DNA of 60,000 bases from assembly GCF_018350175.1 (NCBI RefSeq), contig NC_058383.1, positions 7,194,001 to 7,254,000 on the forward strand, read 5' to 3'. This DNA is from Felis catus. Its lineage: Eukaryota. The first letter of the stretch is position 1, and every line of letters begins with the position of its first letter. Positions 1 through 11,719 of the stretch are shown here, piece after piece. The position numbers and the translations under genes are program-made. Below the pieces are notes generated by a model. It ran no database searches. It saw only the letters and a list, made by a program, of their open reading frames with translations, and had not been told where the DNA came from.

Positions 1-1591
1 AGTGCTGTATGAGTGGGCAGAAAAATACCACACTGTAAATTCAGCAAGTATTTCTTTAAAACTAGGTGTTTGCAAGGAATCATACCAAGTGGTCTAAGAG
101 GTACAAAGAAACATTCCCTTGGGTGCCTGGCTGGCTCAGTTGGTGGAGCCTGCAACTCTTGATCTCTAGGTGGTGGGTTCGAGCTCCACGTTGGGCATAG
201 AGCTTACTTTAAAAAATAACAATTAAAAAAAATGAAGAAACCTACTTTAGCAATTAGTCCAGTTGAGGAGGAAGGCGTGAACAATTACATTACAGAGAAA
301 GAAATACAACTTCCATGGCAGATGCTTGGCAGAGAGCATTTGGGCCAGAAGTTTAGAGAGAGGAGAAGAGGTGGTTTGCTCAGATCATTTGAGAAACCCA
401 AAATAAACCCAGCCCTTCCCACTGCTGTTGTGACTTTTCTCTTTGCCTAAGTAGGAGCAGAAATGTTGAGGGATGGGGGAGAGGGCCTCATAACTGGGGG
501 AAGAGGGAATGTGCCTATGCCCTCATCTCTGCCCCTTTGGGTCTCACTTCCTCCTCAGAGTCTCTTCCTATTGAGTCCCACTGACCCAATAAATATCCCA
601 CCTTGCCCCCACCCCCCAAGCAAGCTCTGTGCCCAACGTGGGCCTTTGAACTCAACAACTCCGACATCAGGAGTCACATGCTCCACCAACTGAGCCAGTC
701 AGGCACCCCAGGAAGTATCCCAGTCTTTAAAACTCTGGCCTAGGTGTGGGCCCAAATCAAGATTCCTTTCCTTTAGTCTCCTTCGTATAGCTGAGACAGG
801 ATAAAATTTTCATGAAAATATGAACATTTTTCTGATGCTAGACTAATTTCTACACCAGTCCTGCTCAGTTGCCCCTGGTTAGATTTGAGGTGATTCCTAC
901 TTGTGTCTCCTGCTGTGTCTCCTTAGCCACACAGCTCCCTGGTGAAAACAGATGGCAAATGAGGCCCATTCCTGGGTGGTGATCATTCCTGGGAGGCACC
1001 TTCAGAAGCCTTTCCTCTGGGAAAGAACCTGTGTGCACACAGAAGCTCTTCCTAACCCCACGTGTTGGGACGGAAGGAGTTTGGCATGATGGCTAGAGCT
1101 TCAGCTGAGGGTTCCTAATACCAAATCCTACCTCTGCCCTTTAATTGCTGTATGACCTTGGGTGTGTTATTTAACGTCAGTAAGCCTTAGTTTTGTCATT
1201 GTAAAGTGATATGATCATCATAGCTCCCTGCTAAGATTGTTCTGTGAAATACTTAATATCTGGTCCATGGAAAGCACTCAACGAATATGAGTTCTTATGC
1301 CCCTGAATGAATGTTCTTGAACAGTGATGAGGGGCAAGTGGCATTTTAGCTAAGCTCTAAAGGATAAGTAGGATTTTAAAAGGCCAGAAGACTGGGAGAG
1401 GAAATCCCAGACATCGACTGTGATGTGAGAATAGGATGGTGATCAGAATCCAAGGCATATTTAGGAGCTACTCCTTTTGTGGATGGAAAAGGCTCATGCC
1501 GGAGAGGGAAAGAAATTGATGCCGATGGTGAACTTGAGAGGAAACTGGGACCAGGTACTGGGGACTGGTGACTGGAAAACTATAGAGGTTT

Positions 1592-1885
1592 AGGGGTTCC
1601 TTCGGTGGCTCAGTGGCCAAGCGTCCGACTTCAGCTCAGGTCATGATCTCACAGTCTGTGGGTTTGAGCCCCATGTTGGGCTCTGTGCTGATAACTCGGA
1701 GCCTGGAGCCCGCTTGGGATTCTGTGTCTTCCTCTGTCTCTCTCTCTCTGCCCCTCCCCCGCTTGCCCCTCATTGGGCTCTGTGCTGACAGTGGAGAGCC
1801 CACTTTGGAACTTCTGTCTCCCTCTCTCTCTGCGTCCTCCTCTCACACTCTCACTGTCTCTCTCTCAAAAACAAACAAACATTTT
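1592..1885 (+). mobile_element. CanSINE with internal partial duplication
   Basis: tRNA-like head (gtggctcagt...gtcatgatctcac), CT tract and A tail; the gggctctgtgctga segment is present twice. Confidence 0.85.
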
Positions 1886-3560
1886 TTAAAGAGAGAAGAA
1901 AGAAAGAAAGCTATAGAGGTTTATGAAGTAGGGGGAAGGGGAATAAAGGCAGGAAGCCAAAGAGCGGAAGCCAGACCTGACAGAACTAGGTAATTACTTC
2001 TTCCTGGTGCTTGGAGACTGAATGCGTGTAAGGAGAGGAATCCAGAAGGGTGAGATTCTGAGCTTTAGCGAATGAGGTATCAGTAGAATATCTCATCGCT
2101 ACTTGCCACTAAAGGGAAACAAGAAGTGGCAGGGGAAACGGCAATGTTTTGAGTAGCTCCTCTTTCTCCTCAGTTTAGCAGAAATAAACTGCCAGGTTCT
2201 CCAGCAGGTAAGTACACAGAAGTCAAGAGTCTTCGTCTTTCAGGGGCTTAAATTTTAGTTGGGAGCTGATGGGAACTGCAACCGAAATAACGATAATGCA
2301 AGGAGAATACATGTGGCATAAATAGGAACAGAGAAGGTATTGAGGGTGTTCAGAAGAGGAAGGTATCTTAGTTAATCTGGAACGGCAGACGTTTTACATC
2401 TGGAAGAGTACGTAAAAAGTTGACCAACGAGGTTGACGTGGTCGAAACTGTTCACGGCGAAAGTGTGACGATGGGATATCACACCCTGTGCTTGGGGAAC
2501 ATGAATGGTCAGAGAGGCTGAAACACAGGGCATCACGACGAAGAAGAGCGGTGGGGGGGGGGGGGGGAGAGAAGACTGGAAAAGTAAAGTAGGGTGTGTT
2601 CTTTGAACACTAAATTGGCAGATAGCAAAAATTCACGGGCACTAATTGAGGAGAAAGAGATGCCCGGAAGCGTACTTTGGCAATACGGCAGTGACCTCGC
2701 TTGGTTCCTACTGGACCTGGGAGAGATGGAAGGTAGAGAGACTATGGCACTGTGGCACAGATAGGGAGCCGGCCTTAGGGTGGTGGGAAATAATTGTGGG
2801 GGGCACAGCAGGACAAGGTAGTCTTTCTTCTGACTTTTCAGAATGAAATTGAAGAAACTAAGGCTTTTAGGAATTATTTAGCCCCCGATTGGGAAGACGC
2901 TAGCCAAAGGAGCGATCTGTTGGACTGCCTGTCCCACTGCCTCTTCCTGTGGGGGCAGCTTTCCTAACGAGGTCTTGGCTGTTCTGATGCCCTGGCTTCA
3001 GGGCTGTCTCTTCCCAGACACGGCCTTGTTGGCACACCAGTTACTTCCCTGGCTCCTCTAGCGCTGATGTTGAAACTTCCTTAGAACAGTTGGCACCTTC
3101 TGCTTTGTACTGAAATTATTTGTGTAAAAATGGGAATCCTGCTTCACATCTTTGTATCCCCCTCCGTCTAGGAAGGCACTTGGCATATTGTAGCCTTGGA
3201 GAGGGAGATGTTTAAGAATTTAGTCGTAAGGACTTTACCAAGGCTGCTCTGAAGTTGTAAAACGTATTCACTGCAGCAAGGAGGGTGGGGTGCAAAACCG
3301 TTCTGAAGGAGATCAGCGGGAAAGGCTGGGGGGTGGTTTGCACTGGACTTGACCAGCTTAAAATCGCAGAAAAAAAAATGACTGAATTCCCACATTTCTG
3401 TTTATTTCTATGTCTGTAGAAAGCCTTTTTGAATATAACGTTCTTTGTTGTTCCTAGAGTCCGCTACTTTAATAAGGATTTTGATTTTACTAAGGACAAA
3501 AAAAGTTAAGATAGAAAAACCAACCCTGTGAGAAATCTCAGATTAAAACAGCCATCGCCA

Positions 3561-3672
3561 GTGCTCGCTTTGGCAGCACGTGTGGTCAAATTGGAACGAT
3601 GCAGAGATCAGCATGGCCCCTGCACAGGGACAACGCAAGATGCTGAAGCATTCGATTAAAAAAAAAAAAAAA
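3561..3672 (+). pseudogene. U6 snRNA processed pseudogene (retrocopy) in ZKSCAN1 intron 1
   Basis: gtgctcgctttggcagcac...aaattggaacgatgcagagatcagcatggcccctgc...gaagcattc is collinear with full-length U6. The ACAGAGA box is mutated to GCAGAGA with a small deletion, and a poly(A) tail follows at 3658-3672. Confidence 0.92.
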
Positions 3673-4145
3673 ATCACCTCCCAGCTTTTTTTTGGACACA
3701 TTCCTATCTGTAAAAATTATTTATAAAAATTGTATACATGTAGTATTATACCAGTATTTTATATAACAAAACAAGGATACATTTAATTGTGCTATTCAAA
3801 AAATACTTTTGTGTTTTAATTGTACATGATCCCTTTTCTACCAAAATTACCAAAAAAAATTTTTAATGAGAGCCGTGTAATTAAAAATGCTTTCTAGCTT
3901 AAAGTTCTTGGCTTTGGATGATAGAGCAGTTGAATGCTCTGTCTCTAAAACTTGAATTTGATGCTGTTGAGATGAAAAAGATACCTCACAAAGATTTGCC
4001 AGTTCAGATGGAAAAAACACATTGTCAGGTCTGCTTAGTAACTATTGGTCCTATCCACCACGCAAATTTTTGTTGTTGAAATTCAGCTAGTACATTTCCG
4101 TTTTTCAGACCCTTAAATCATCTGTTCTTAAAAACTAATCAAAAG

Positions 4146-4900
4146 GTGGCATGCCTAGCTGGTTCAGTCAGCAGAGCATGATCTCGGGGGTTGTGAGTTC
4201 AAGCCCCATGTTGTGCATAGAATCTACTTTTAAAAAAATCAAGGGGTTCCTGGGTACCTCATTCGGTTAAGCATCAGACTCAGTTTCGGCTTAGGTCATG
4301 ATCTCACAGTTGATGGGATTGAGCCCGTGTCGGGCTTGGTGCCACTGTTAGCGTAGAGGCTCCTTGGGATTCTGTCTCTCCCACACTGCCTCTGTCTTTC
4401 TCAAAATAAATAAATTTTAAAAAAGAATCAAAGGTGTTTTAAGTGTTTTTTTTTTTTAAGTTTTTTTTTTTTTTTAATTTATTTTGAGAGCAAGCGCATG
4501 CACGTATGCAAGCAGGGAGACAATGGCGGGGGGTGGGGGGGTGGATTATCCCAAGCAGGCTCCACGCTGATGGTGTTGTAGGCATCGACTTGAGGCTCAA
4601 TCCCACGAACCGTGAGATCGTGACCTGAGCCGAAATCAAGAGTCCGATGCTTAACGGACTGAACCACGCAGGCACCCCTGTTTTAAGTTTTTAAAAAACA
4701 GACTTTTGGGGGCACCGGGGTGGCTCAGTCCATTAAGCATCAGACTCTTGAATTCGTCTCAGGTCATGATATCATGATGGGATTGAGCCCCGCACTCACA
4801 GCATGGAGCCTGCTTCAGATTCTCTCCCTGTCTCTCTGCCCCTCTCCCTCTTGTGCACTCACTTGTTTGCTCTCCTCAAAGTAAATAAACATTAAAAAAA
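4146..4900. mobile_element. Cluster of four CanSINEs (+,+,-,+)
   Basis: Heads at ~4146, 4243 and 4708 (+), and a minus copy at 4455-4678. Confidence 0.85.
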
Positions 4901-5256
4901 GAAAAATCTTCTTTAAAACACAAAAACAGACTTTTAAGATCTTAAAATTCTTCATTTGGAAGATTTTATACAGTGTAGAAAGTATAAATATTAACAGATG
5001 ATTAGGTTTGTCCAGGATACTTAGTATCATCTCTGGAAGTTACAATTACGTAACAATGTCCGCCCCCCCATACACTTTTTTTTTTTAAGCAGCTCCTGTG
5101 TCACTTATTGGTTGATTTCTTGTTGAATTAGTTTGACATTCGTTCTTACCCACTAATCTGTGTGAGTGAAACCTTGATGTAGGTAGGAGCTTCATCTGTG
5201 CCATTTTCTTAACGTGTGTTTCCACTGTTTGCATTTCTTCGAATTGTGCTTTTTCT

Positions 5257-5473
5257 TTTTTTTTTTTTTTCAACGTTTATTTATTTTTGGGACAGAGAGA
5301 GACAGAGCATGAATGGGGGAGGGGCAGAGAGAGAGGGAGACACAGAATCGGAAACAGGCTCCAGGCTCCGAGCCATCAGCCCAGAGCCTGACGCGGGGCT
5401 CGAACTCACGGACCGCGAGATCGTGACCTGGCTGAAGTCGGACGCTCAACCGACTGCGCCACCCAGGCGCCCC
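5257..5473 (-). mobile_element. Young felid-type CanSINE
   Basis: CpG-rich full-length body, poly(A) tail, TSD gaattgtgctttttct at 5241 and 5475. Confidence 0.92.
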
Positions 5474-6325
5474 TGAATTGTGCTTTTTCTGTTGGAGTCT
5501 TTAAGCTGCTGGTCTTTTTTCTTCTTTTCTTTTTTCCAGATGTAATTGACATATAAGATCATATTCCAGGTGTACAACATAATGGTTTGATATTTGGGCA
5601 AAACGATCACAATAAATCTAGTTAACATCTGTCACCACAATTACAATTTTTTTTTCTTGTGATGAGGGTTTTTAAGGGCACTTAGCAGCTTTCAAGTATG
5701 CAATACAGTGTTATTCACTGTAGTCCCCTTGTTGTACATTATGTTCCTATGACTTCTTTAAGACCTGGAAGTCTATCATTTGAGCCCTGTCACCCAGTTT
5801 GCCTGCCCCTGTACTTGTCTCTTTTATGAAGACAAGATTAGTTCAAGCTGGATAAAATAATCCATTATTCCACATAACTGGTCTCAGGTAAACTGGGAGA
5901 TATCACAGTACCTAAAAGTGAACAAGTGAAATGAGGAAATTTTGGCAGCCCTCTGTGTGGGGGAGGGAGGTTCTCGCTTTTTCCTTGGGACGTACCCTGT
6001 GACATGTGCCGGTTCGACATTTAACCAAGGGTGGGTGTTAATGTCAGTTTGCAACATGCTGTCTGTAGAATGGCACTGGCGGTCGTGCCTCCCTACTAGT
6101 GCTGTTGTGTCCGGAAATAAGATGACGTGTGTACTGCTTGAAGCCTTGTACCTGGCGCCCTGCTGACACTCAGCTCTCTCTGGGACGAGCACTTAGAAGC
6201 ATGGCGTCGTAACCTGCTGTCCTGGAGGTTAGGTGTTCAGACTCAGGCACACACCCTAAGGGTGTTATTGGCCTGTTGGACGTTTCTCTCTGCACGCTTT
6301 TTTTTTTTTTTTTTTTTTTTTTTAA

Positions 6326-6499
6326 GGGGCACCTGGGTGGCTCAGTCGGTTAAGTGCCTAACTCTTGATTTCAGAGTTAACTCTTAACTCAGTCGGTTAA
6401 GTGCCCTAACTCGTGCAGGTCTGATCTCTCGGTTCATTTGTTCAAGCCCCACCTTGGGTTCTGCATTGACAGTGTGGAGCCTGCTTGGGATTCTCTCTC

Positions 6500-6553
<54 letters not shown>

Positions 6554-6687
6554 AATAAACAAACAAAAAAAAACTTAAAAAGAATTTATTTTTAAGTAAT
6601 CTCTACAGTCAACATGGGGCTCAAACTCACAACCCCGAGATCGAGAGTGTGCCACATGCTCTACCAACTGAGCCAGCCAGGCACCCC
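6326..6687. mobile_element. Tail-to-tail CanSINE pair just upstream of ZKSCAN1 exon 2 (+ copy 6326-6575, - copy 6585-6687)
   Basis: ggggcacctgggtggctcagtcggttaag head with a duplicated A-box segment, (CT)n and A tail, followed by a short minus copy. Confidence 0.85.
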
Positions 6688-6948
6688 CTCTCTGTAAGCC
6701 TTAACATATAAAATGACGGTGAAAACAGTGTGACTCTGGAGGTTTTGTTTTTTCTTTTGCTTTTCAGAGGCATTTTCAGTGCCTTGATGTGCAGCCTTGT
6801 GTGAAGTGTTGACACAGGTCACTTTTCATAAAGGTACTAATAGTTATGTTTACTATGTCAGGAACAATACCGAAACATATCAGAAAACATCTAGAACAGA
6901 AAGGAGAGCACAGACCCTGTTTGGATCAAGTCAGCTCCCTGAGCCTGA

Positions 6949-7374
6949 ATGATGACTGCAGAATCCAGGGAAGCCACAGGTCTGTCCCCCCAGGCTGCCC
7001 AGGAGAAGGATGGTATCGTAATAGTGAAGGTAGAAGAGGAAGATGAAGAAGACCACATGTGGGGGCAGGATTCCAGCCTGCAGGAGACGCCACCTCCCGA
7101 CCCAGAGATTTTCCGCCAACGTTTCAGGCACTTCTGTTACCAGAACACTTTTGGGCCTCGAGAGGCTCTGAGTCGACTGAAGGAACTTTGTCACCAGTGG
7201 CTCCGACCAGAGATAAACACTAAGGAGCAGATCCTGGAGCTGCTGGTACTGGAGCAGTTCCTCTCCATCCTGCCCAAGGAGCTCCAAGTCTGGCTGCAGG
7301 AATACCGTCCTGATAGTGGGGAGGAGGCCGTGACCCTTCTGGAAGATTTAGAGCTTGATTTGTCAGGACAGCAG
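6949..7374 (+). CDS. ZKSCAN1: ZKSCAN1 coding exon 1 (gene exon 2; exon begins 6862), N-terminus and SCAN domain
   Basis: [31 protein letters not shown]...[58 protein letters not shown] matches recalled ZKSCAN1. Acceptor tgtcag/ at 6860-61, donor CAG/gtaaga at 7375. 426 coding nt, phase 0. Confidence 0.97.
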
Positions 7375-7569
7375 GTAAGAAGAAGGTGAAACCTATTCTG
7401 TACAAGCAGCACTTGGGCTGTAAGCCTGGAGCAAAGAGAGAGTTGCAGTTTGAAGCTGGCACTGGTAGTCTTTGTGGCGGTTATTCTTCTCCGCTCAGAT
7501 GGATGCTAAGAGGTGCTCTGGCCTCCTTCGCCTGCATCCACTCTTTATATGTACCCTCTTTCTGTTCAT

Positions 7570-7776
7570 TTAACGTTTATTTATTTTTTTGGGACAGAGA
7601 GAGACAGAGCATGAATGGGGGAGGGGCAGAGAGAGAGGGAGACACAGAATCAGAAACAGGCTCCAGGCTCTGAGCTGTCAGCACAGAGCCCGACGCGGGG
7701 CTCGAACTCACGGACCGCGAGATCGTGACCCAGGCTGAAGTCGGCCGCTTAACCGACTGAGCCACCCAGGCGCCCC
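7570..7776 (-). mobile_element. Young felid-type CanSINE in ZKSCAN1 intron 2
   Basis: Full-length, CpG-rich; TSD ctctttctgttcatttaa. Confidence 0.92.
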
Positions 7777-7842
7777 TCTTTCTGTTCATTTAAACTCCGG
7801 TGTAAAAAATGATTTACCCATAAACCCACCATTTGTCCTCAG

Positions 7843-7996
7843 GTCCCAGGTCAAGTTCATGGGCCTGAGATGCTTGCCAGGGGGATGGTGCCTCTGGATC
7901 CAATGCAGGAGTCCTCAAGCTTTGACCTTCATCATGAGGCCACCCAGTCCCATTTCAAGCATTCATCTCGGAAGCCTCGCCTCTTGCAGTCACGGG
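7843..7996 (+). CDS. ZKSCAN1: ZKSCAN1 coding exon 2 (post-SCAN linker, 154 nt)
   Basis: cctcag/GTC CCA GGT = VPGQVHGPEMLARGMVPLDPMQESSSFDLHHEATQSHFKHSSRKPRLLQSR-G/gtaaga. Phases 0/1 are consistent with the neighbouring exons. Confidence 0.95.
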
Positions 7997-9951
7997 GTAA
8001 GAAAGAAGCAAGATTTCATGTGGGGGAAAGCAAACTGTCCGGGGTGGGAGTGCCCTCTCTGTGTTGCTGAGGGCCTGTAATAAAAAAATTTTTAAGCATG
8101 CTTGTTTTTTTTTTTTTTTAATCATTACACTTTATTGTCATTATTAATAAATAAATATTGGGGGAAATGAAACTTACAGCTCAACCTCAGGAGTTAACGT
8201 TACTGAGATGGTAAATAAAACGTGCATCATGAACTGGGGTGGACATTACATTATTCTTGGAATGGTTAGCGTTTTGGATGTCCAGATTTTCTTTTACAGG
8301 AAAGTGCTAGGAAGTGGTAATATATTTCCGGTCTGGGTTTTAAGACACTCTTGTTAATGTCCTAAGTTGCCTTGAAAAGGATCAGTTTTTAAAATTCATT
8401 TTATTTCAGACGTGTCAGAATGTTGTAGAACGTCTTTTTCTAGCTTCCAAAAATTTCAAACAGTGTGGAAAGGATGGGAAAAATATTTTGGTTTTTTGTG
8501 AGGAACAGGAGGAAAAAAATCATTTCAGGGTCATGTAAATGAAAATCAGTTTAAGTTTTTTTTCCTCTGAGGGAAATATTAATGTCTTTATCCAATTTAA
8601 AAATCAAAGTAGGTATGTAGACATCTCTAAAAACAATAACATACTAAAAGTCTAGTTGTTCGAGAGGAGTTGATAAAGGAATGTTCCTTATCCAATGTGT
8701 TTATTTGTGATGGCATTTAAGGCGTGAATATTAGAGCTGCAGGAAACATTCTCTGCGTGTTGGAGAAATCCATGTAAATCAGTGCATTGTGATGTTTGAT
8801 TCACCACTGTCCATGCAGTCCCAGCCATGTCCTGTCTAGGACTTGCGAGGTCTCTCTACCCTTCACGTGGGGGAAGCCAGAAAATTGAAGAGGGTATTTT
8901 TAGTTTTAAGTGCCAGATTAAGAGCTTTTTGTCCCCAGAGTTAGCAGTTTTAGAGACCCTGACACCTACCCTTGATGCTTACTAAATAGATCTCCAGGGA
9001 ATTCAGCCATTTGCGTTTATCCTCAATTCCCTCTTGACACTACCCCTCTTCCAGAGTCTTTCCTAATTCTCAGAAGGTTAAAATGCTAGATACTTGGGTC
9101 TTTTTTGCACATTTTGCTTTAGCTTCTCTTTAACCACCTGGTCTGAAATAGTTACAGGGTTTAGTAATTCAGTTTCAAGTTCGTTTCTCTTCTGTCTTTG
9201 CAGCTCAGTAACATCATCTGTTTATCCAGTAATACTTCCAAATCTCACATTACTTGGCAAGGGAAGATTTTAATTTTGCGGTTTAGAAATTTGTGCAGTT
9301 GTTCTTACACATTGCAGTTAGTGTGATCATCTGATCGATGTCTTGTATTAGATCCGTGTCAACCCATGCTTTTATATACTTGTGAATGTCTTGTCGACAT
9401 TTGAAGCATGTATGCATTTTATCAGAAAACTGTGGCTAAGTGAGGGAGAAAAGTAGAAGCACAAAAAATGGCCAGAATAGATTCCCTTGTTACTCGGAGT
9501 AATGTCTCTGTTCTGAGACATTACTACGGAAGATTGTTAGCACTCATGTTTTATTGTTCATAACTCAATGAAATTCTGATGCTCTGGCTCTTTGGATTGC
9601 GGAAAATTAAATTGTGAGCCAAACTTGAATCATGGACTGAATTAACCCATATCTGTAGCTGAGAATAGGAAGCTGGCTCTGCCATTCTTAACTGTGTGAC
9701 ATGAGACAAGTCGTTTACCCTCTCAGGGCTTGGATTCCCCCTCATTAAACTAAAGGGATTGGACCAGGTGATTCCTTGTGACTCCCACCTAAAAGTCTTT
9801 TCTTTGTTAAATTCTCCGTAGTTAACTATTCTGTAGTTAAGCACTGAACATCGAACATGCTGGTGCAGGAAAGAGAGTGCCCCAGGCCCTTCTTGGAGGG
9901 GAGGCCCAGCACAGAGCTGGTTTCACTCACAGCTCCTTTCTCCTCCCTCAG

Positions 9952-10043
9952 CTCTCCCTGCCACCCACGTTCCTGCCCCTCATCACGAGGGGAGTCCCAG
10001 AGACCAGGCGATGGCATCTGCACTATTCACAGCAGATTCCCAG
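9952..10043 (+). CDS. ZKSCAN1: ZKSCAN1 coding exon 3 (pre-KRAB linker, 92 nt)
   Basis: Polypyrimidine tract and cag/, then (A)LPATHVPAPHHEGSPRDQAMASALFTADSQ/gtgagc. Phases 1/0. Confidence 0.94.
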
Positions 10044-10319
10044 GTGAGCTGTGGGCCCCTCTGCCCTCCTGAGACCCTCGTGTCTACCTCTCTTCCTGGA
10101 GCTCTTTTAGCTCTCTCCACCCAGGACACAATCTTGATGCCCCAACCCACAGAGTAGCCCCACTCCTCCTGATCCCATTCACTAGAGCCTTATGGTCACC
10201 TTTTCTTTCCCGGCATCCTGTAGGTTTGCAGTCAATTCTGTCCCTGACTCCAGGGTTGGGTGATGGGGTTGTCCCTGAGCTTTGGGAGAACTGAGTGTGG
10301 GGCTCTCATATTATTTCAG

Positions 10320-10446
10320 GCAATGGTGAAGATCGAGGACATGGCCGTGTCCCTCATCCTGGAGGAATGGGGATGTCAGAACCTGGCTCGGAGGAATCTC
10401 AATAGGGACAACAGGCAGGAGAATTATGGGAACGTGTTTTCCCAGG
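10320..10446 (+). CDS. ZKSCAN1: ZKSCAN1 coding exon 4 (divergent KRAB-A, 127 nt)
   Basis: tttcag/[43 protein letters not shown]/gtaaga. This is the canonical 127-nt KRAB-A exon size. Confidence 0.95.
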
Positions 10447-10988
10447 GTAAGACTAATGCAGGATTGTTGTCTGAGATTGTTTTGCATCTTTTTTTGTTAG
10501 TTGTGGAATTTCTGATGTGGTCAGCTGAGAGTTGACAAGGATTGAGAGACTACTGAGCCCCCCCCCCCCCTTTTTTTTTCAGACCAATTAGAGAAGGAGC
10601 ACAATTCCATTTACTTAGCCCCCAAAGCCTGATACTGTGATTCCCTGATTCCAAGTGGATTTTTTACCTTTCAGTAGTTTTTGCTGTTAGAAATCAGAAA
10701 TACTCTTGTGTTCTGAGTCCTCACCTCTTCAACCAATCTGATCCTAGGATTCTTCTCCGGTCCCCTTGGGTTGCAATGTAGGTGCCTCTGTCGAGGGGGT
10801 AGAATCTGTATTTCCTATTAGGTCCATGTGAGACCTGATCATTGGTCTAGTCCTAACCTAGGACCACATTCCTGGAGTTACCAAGCATCCTCCCCTGGGC
10901 TTTCTGTCTTTTTCCATCCTGCGAGCACAGCTCCACAACAGCTTTATTTAATTCATGAACTTGCGCCTGTTACCTCCCGTGTGATTAG

Positions 10989-11083
10989 GATTCCCAGTTT
11001 CCAAACCCAGTGCTGGTCTTCTGTGGAGAGGTCTGTTCCTGAATGAGTAGTAGGAACAAAAAGTTTTAAGAGACATCATCCAG
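10989..11083 (+). pseudogene. Relic KRAB-B exon in ZKSCAN1 intron
   Basis: ttag/GA TTC CCA GTT TCC AAA CCC reads (G)FPVSKP in phase 1. Later come TAG TAG and EQKVLRDII, ending ccag/ataaga (a donor with GT changed to AT). Confidence 0.7.
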
Positions 11084-11639
11084 ATAAGACAAGGTGACAC
11101 AATTGACAAACATTCCCATTTGTCCCTGCAAGACCTCAAGCCTTGGAAGACAATACTGGACAGCAGCTCCCAAATAAATAGTATCATGGGGGGTTCACAG
11201 TGAGACTTCTGCCGGGGGGGGGGTGGGGTGGGGGTGGGGGTAGGGAGGAGGGTCACTGAAGGGGACTGAAGAAGGAACCTCAGGTTTTGTCTTCAACCAT
11301 AGATATAACCGGGTGATAGTTTCCTGGTTAAGCCAAGGAACTGATCTGTGTTTATGAGCTGGGTATTACCTATCCCATGATAACTTCAAAAAGCAAACAA
11401 ACAAAAACTATCCAGATAACCAAGGACTTTGGCATGGAATTCAAAAGAAGTGGACTGATGTCCTCAGTATTTATGGCGATTTCATCACTAAAATCAGAGG
11501 TTAGATACTGTTCAACTCTCTGTAATTTCTTTCGGAGGTCTGTTTGGGATAGTGCAGACCCACTTGGAAAGGGTTCTTAAAGCCCAAGTAAATAAAGAAT
11601 AGGGTTGAGATATCTTGGGTCTCTCCCTAGATGATTGTA

Positions 11640-11659
11640 GAGATAGATAGGTAGATAGG

Positions 11660-11717
<58 letters not shown>
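11640..11717. repeat. (GATA)n microsatellite
   Basis: Direct tetranucleotide run. Confidence 0.95.

Positions 11718-11719
<2 letters not shown>

Noticed and set aside
1592..1680. tRNA-like A/B-box sequences at SINE heads
   Set aside because: tRNA-derived CanSINE heads followed by CT tracts and A tails; no complete cloverleaf.
5216..5476. Recurrent short ORFs (MAQSVKRPTSAQVMIS..., WDRERQSMNGGGAERE...) here and at many other sites
   Set aside because: They are translations of CanSINE bodies, not a gene family.
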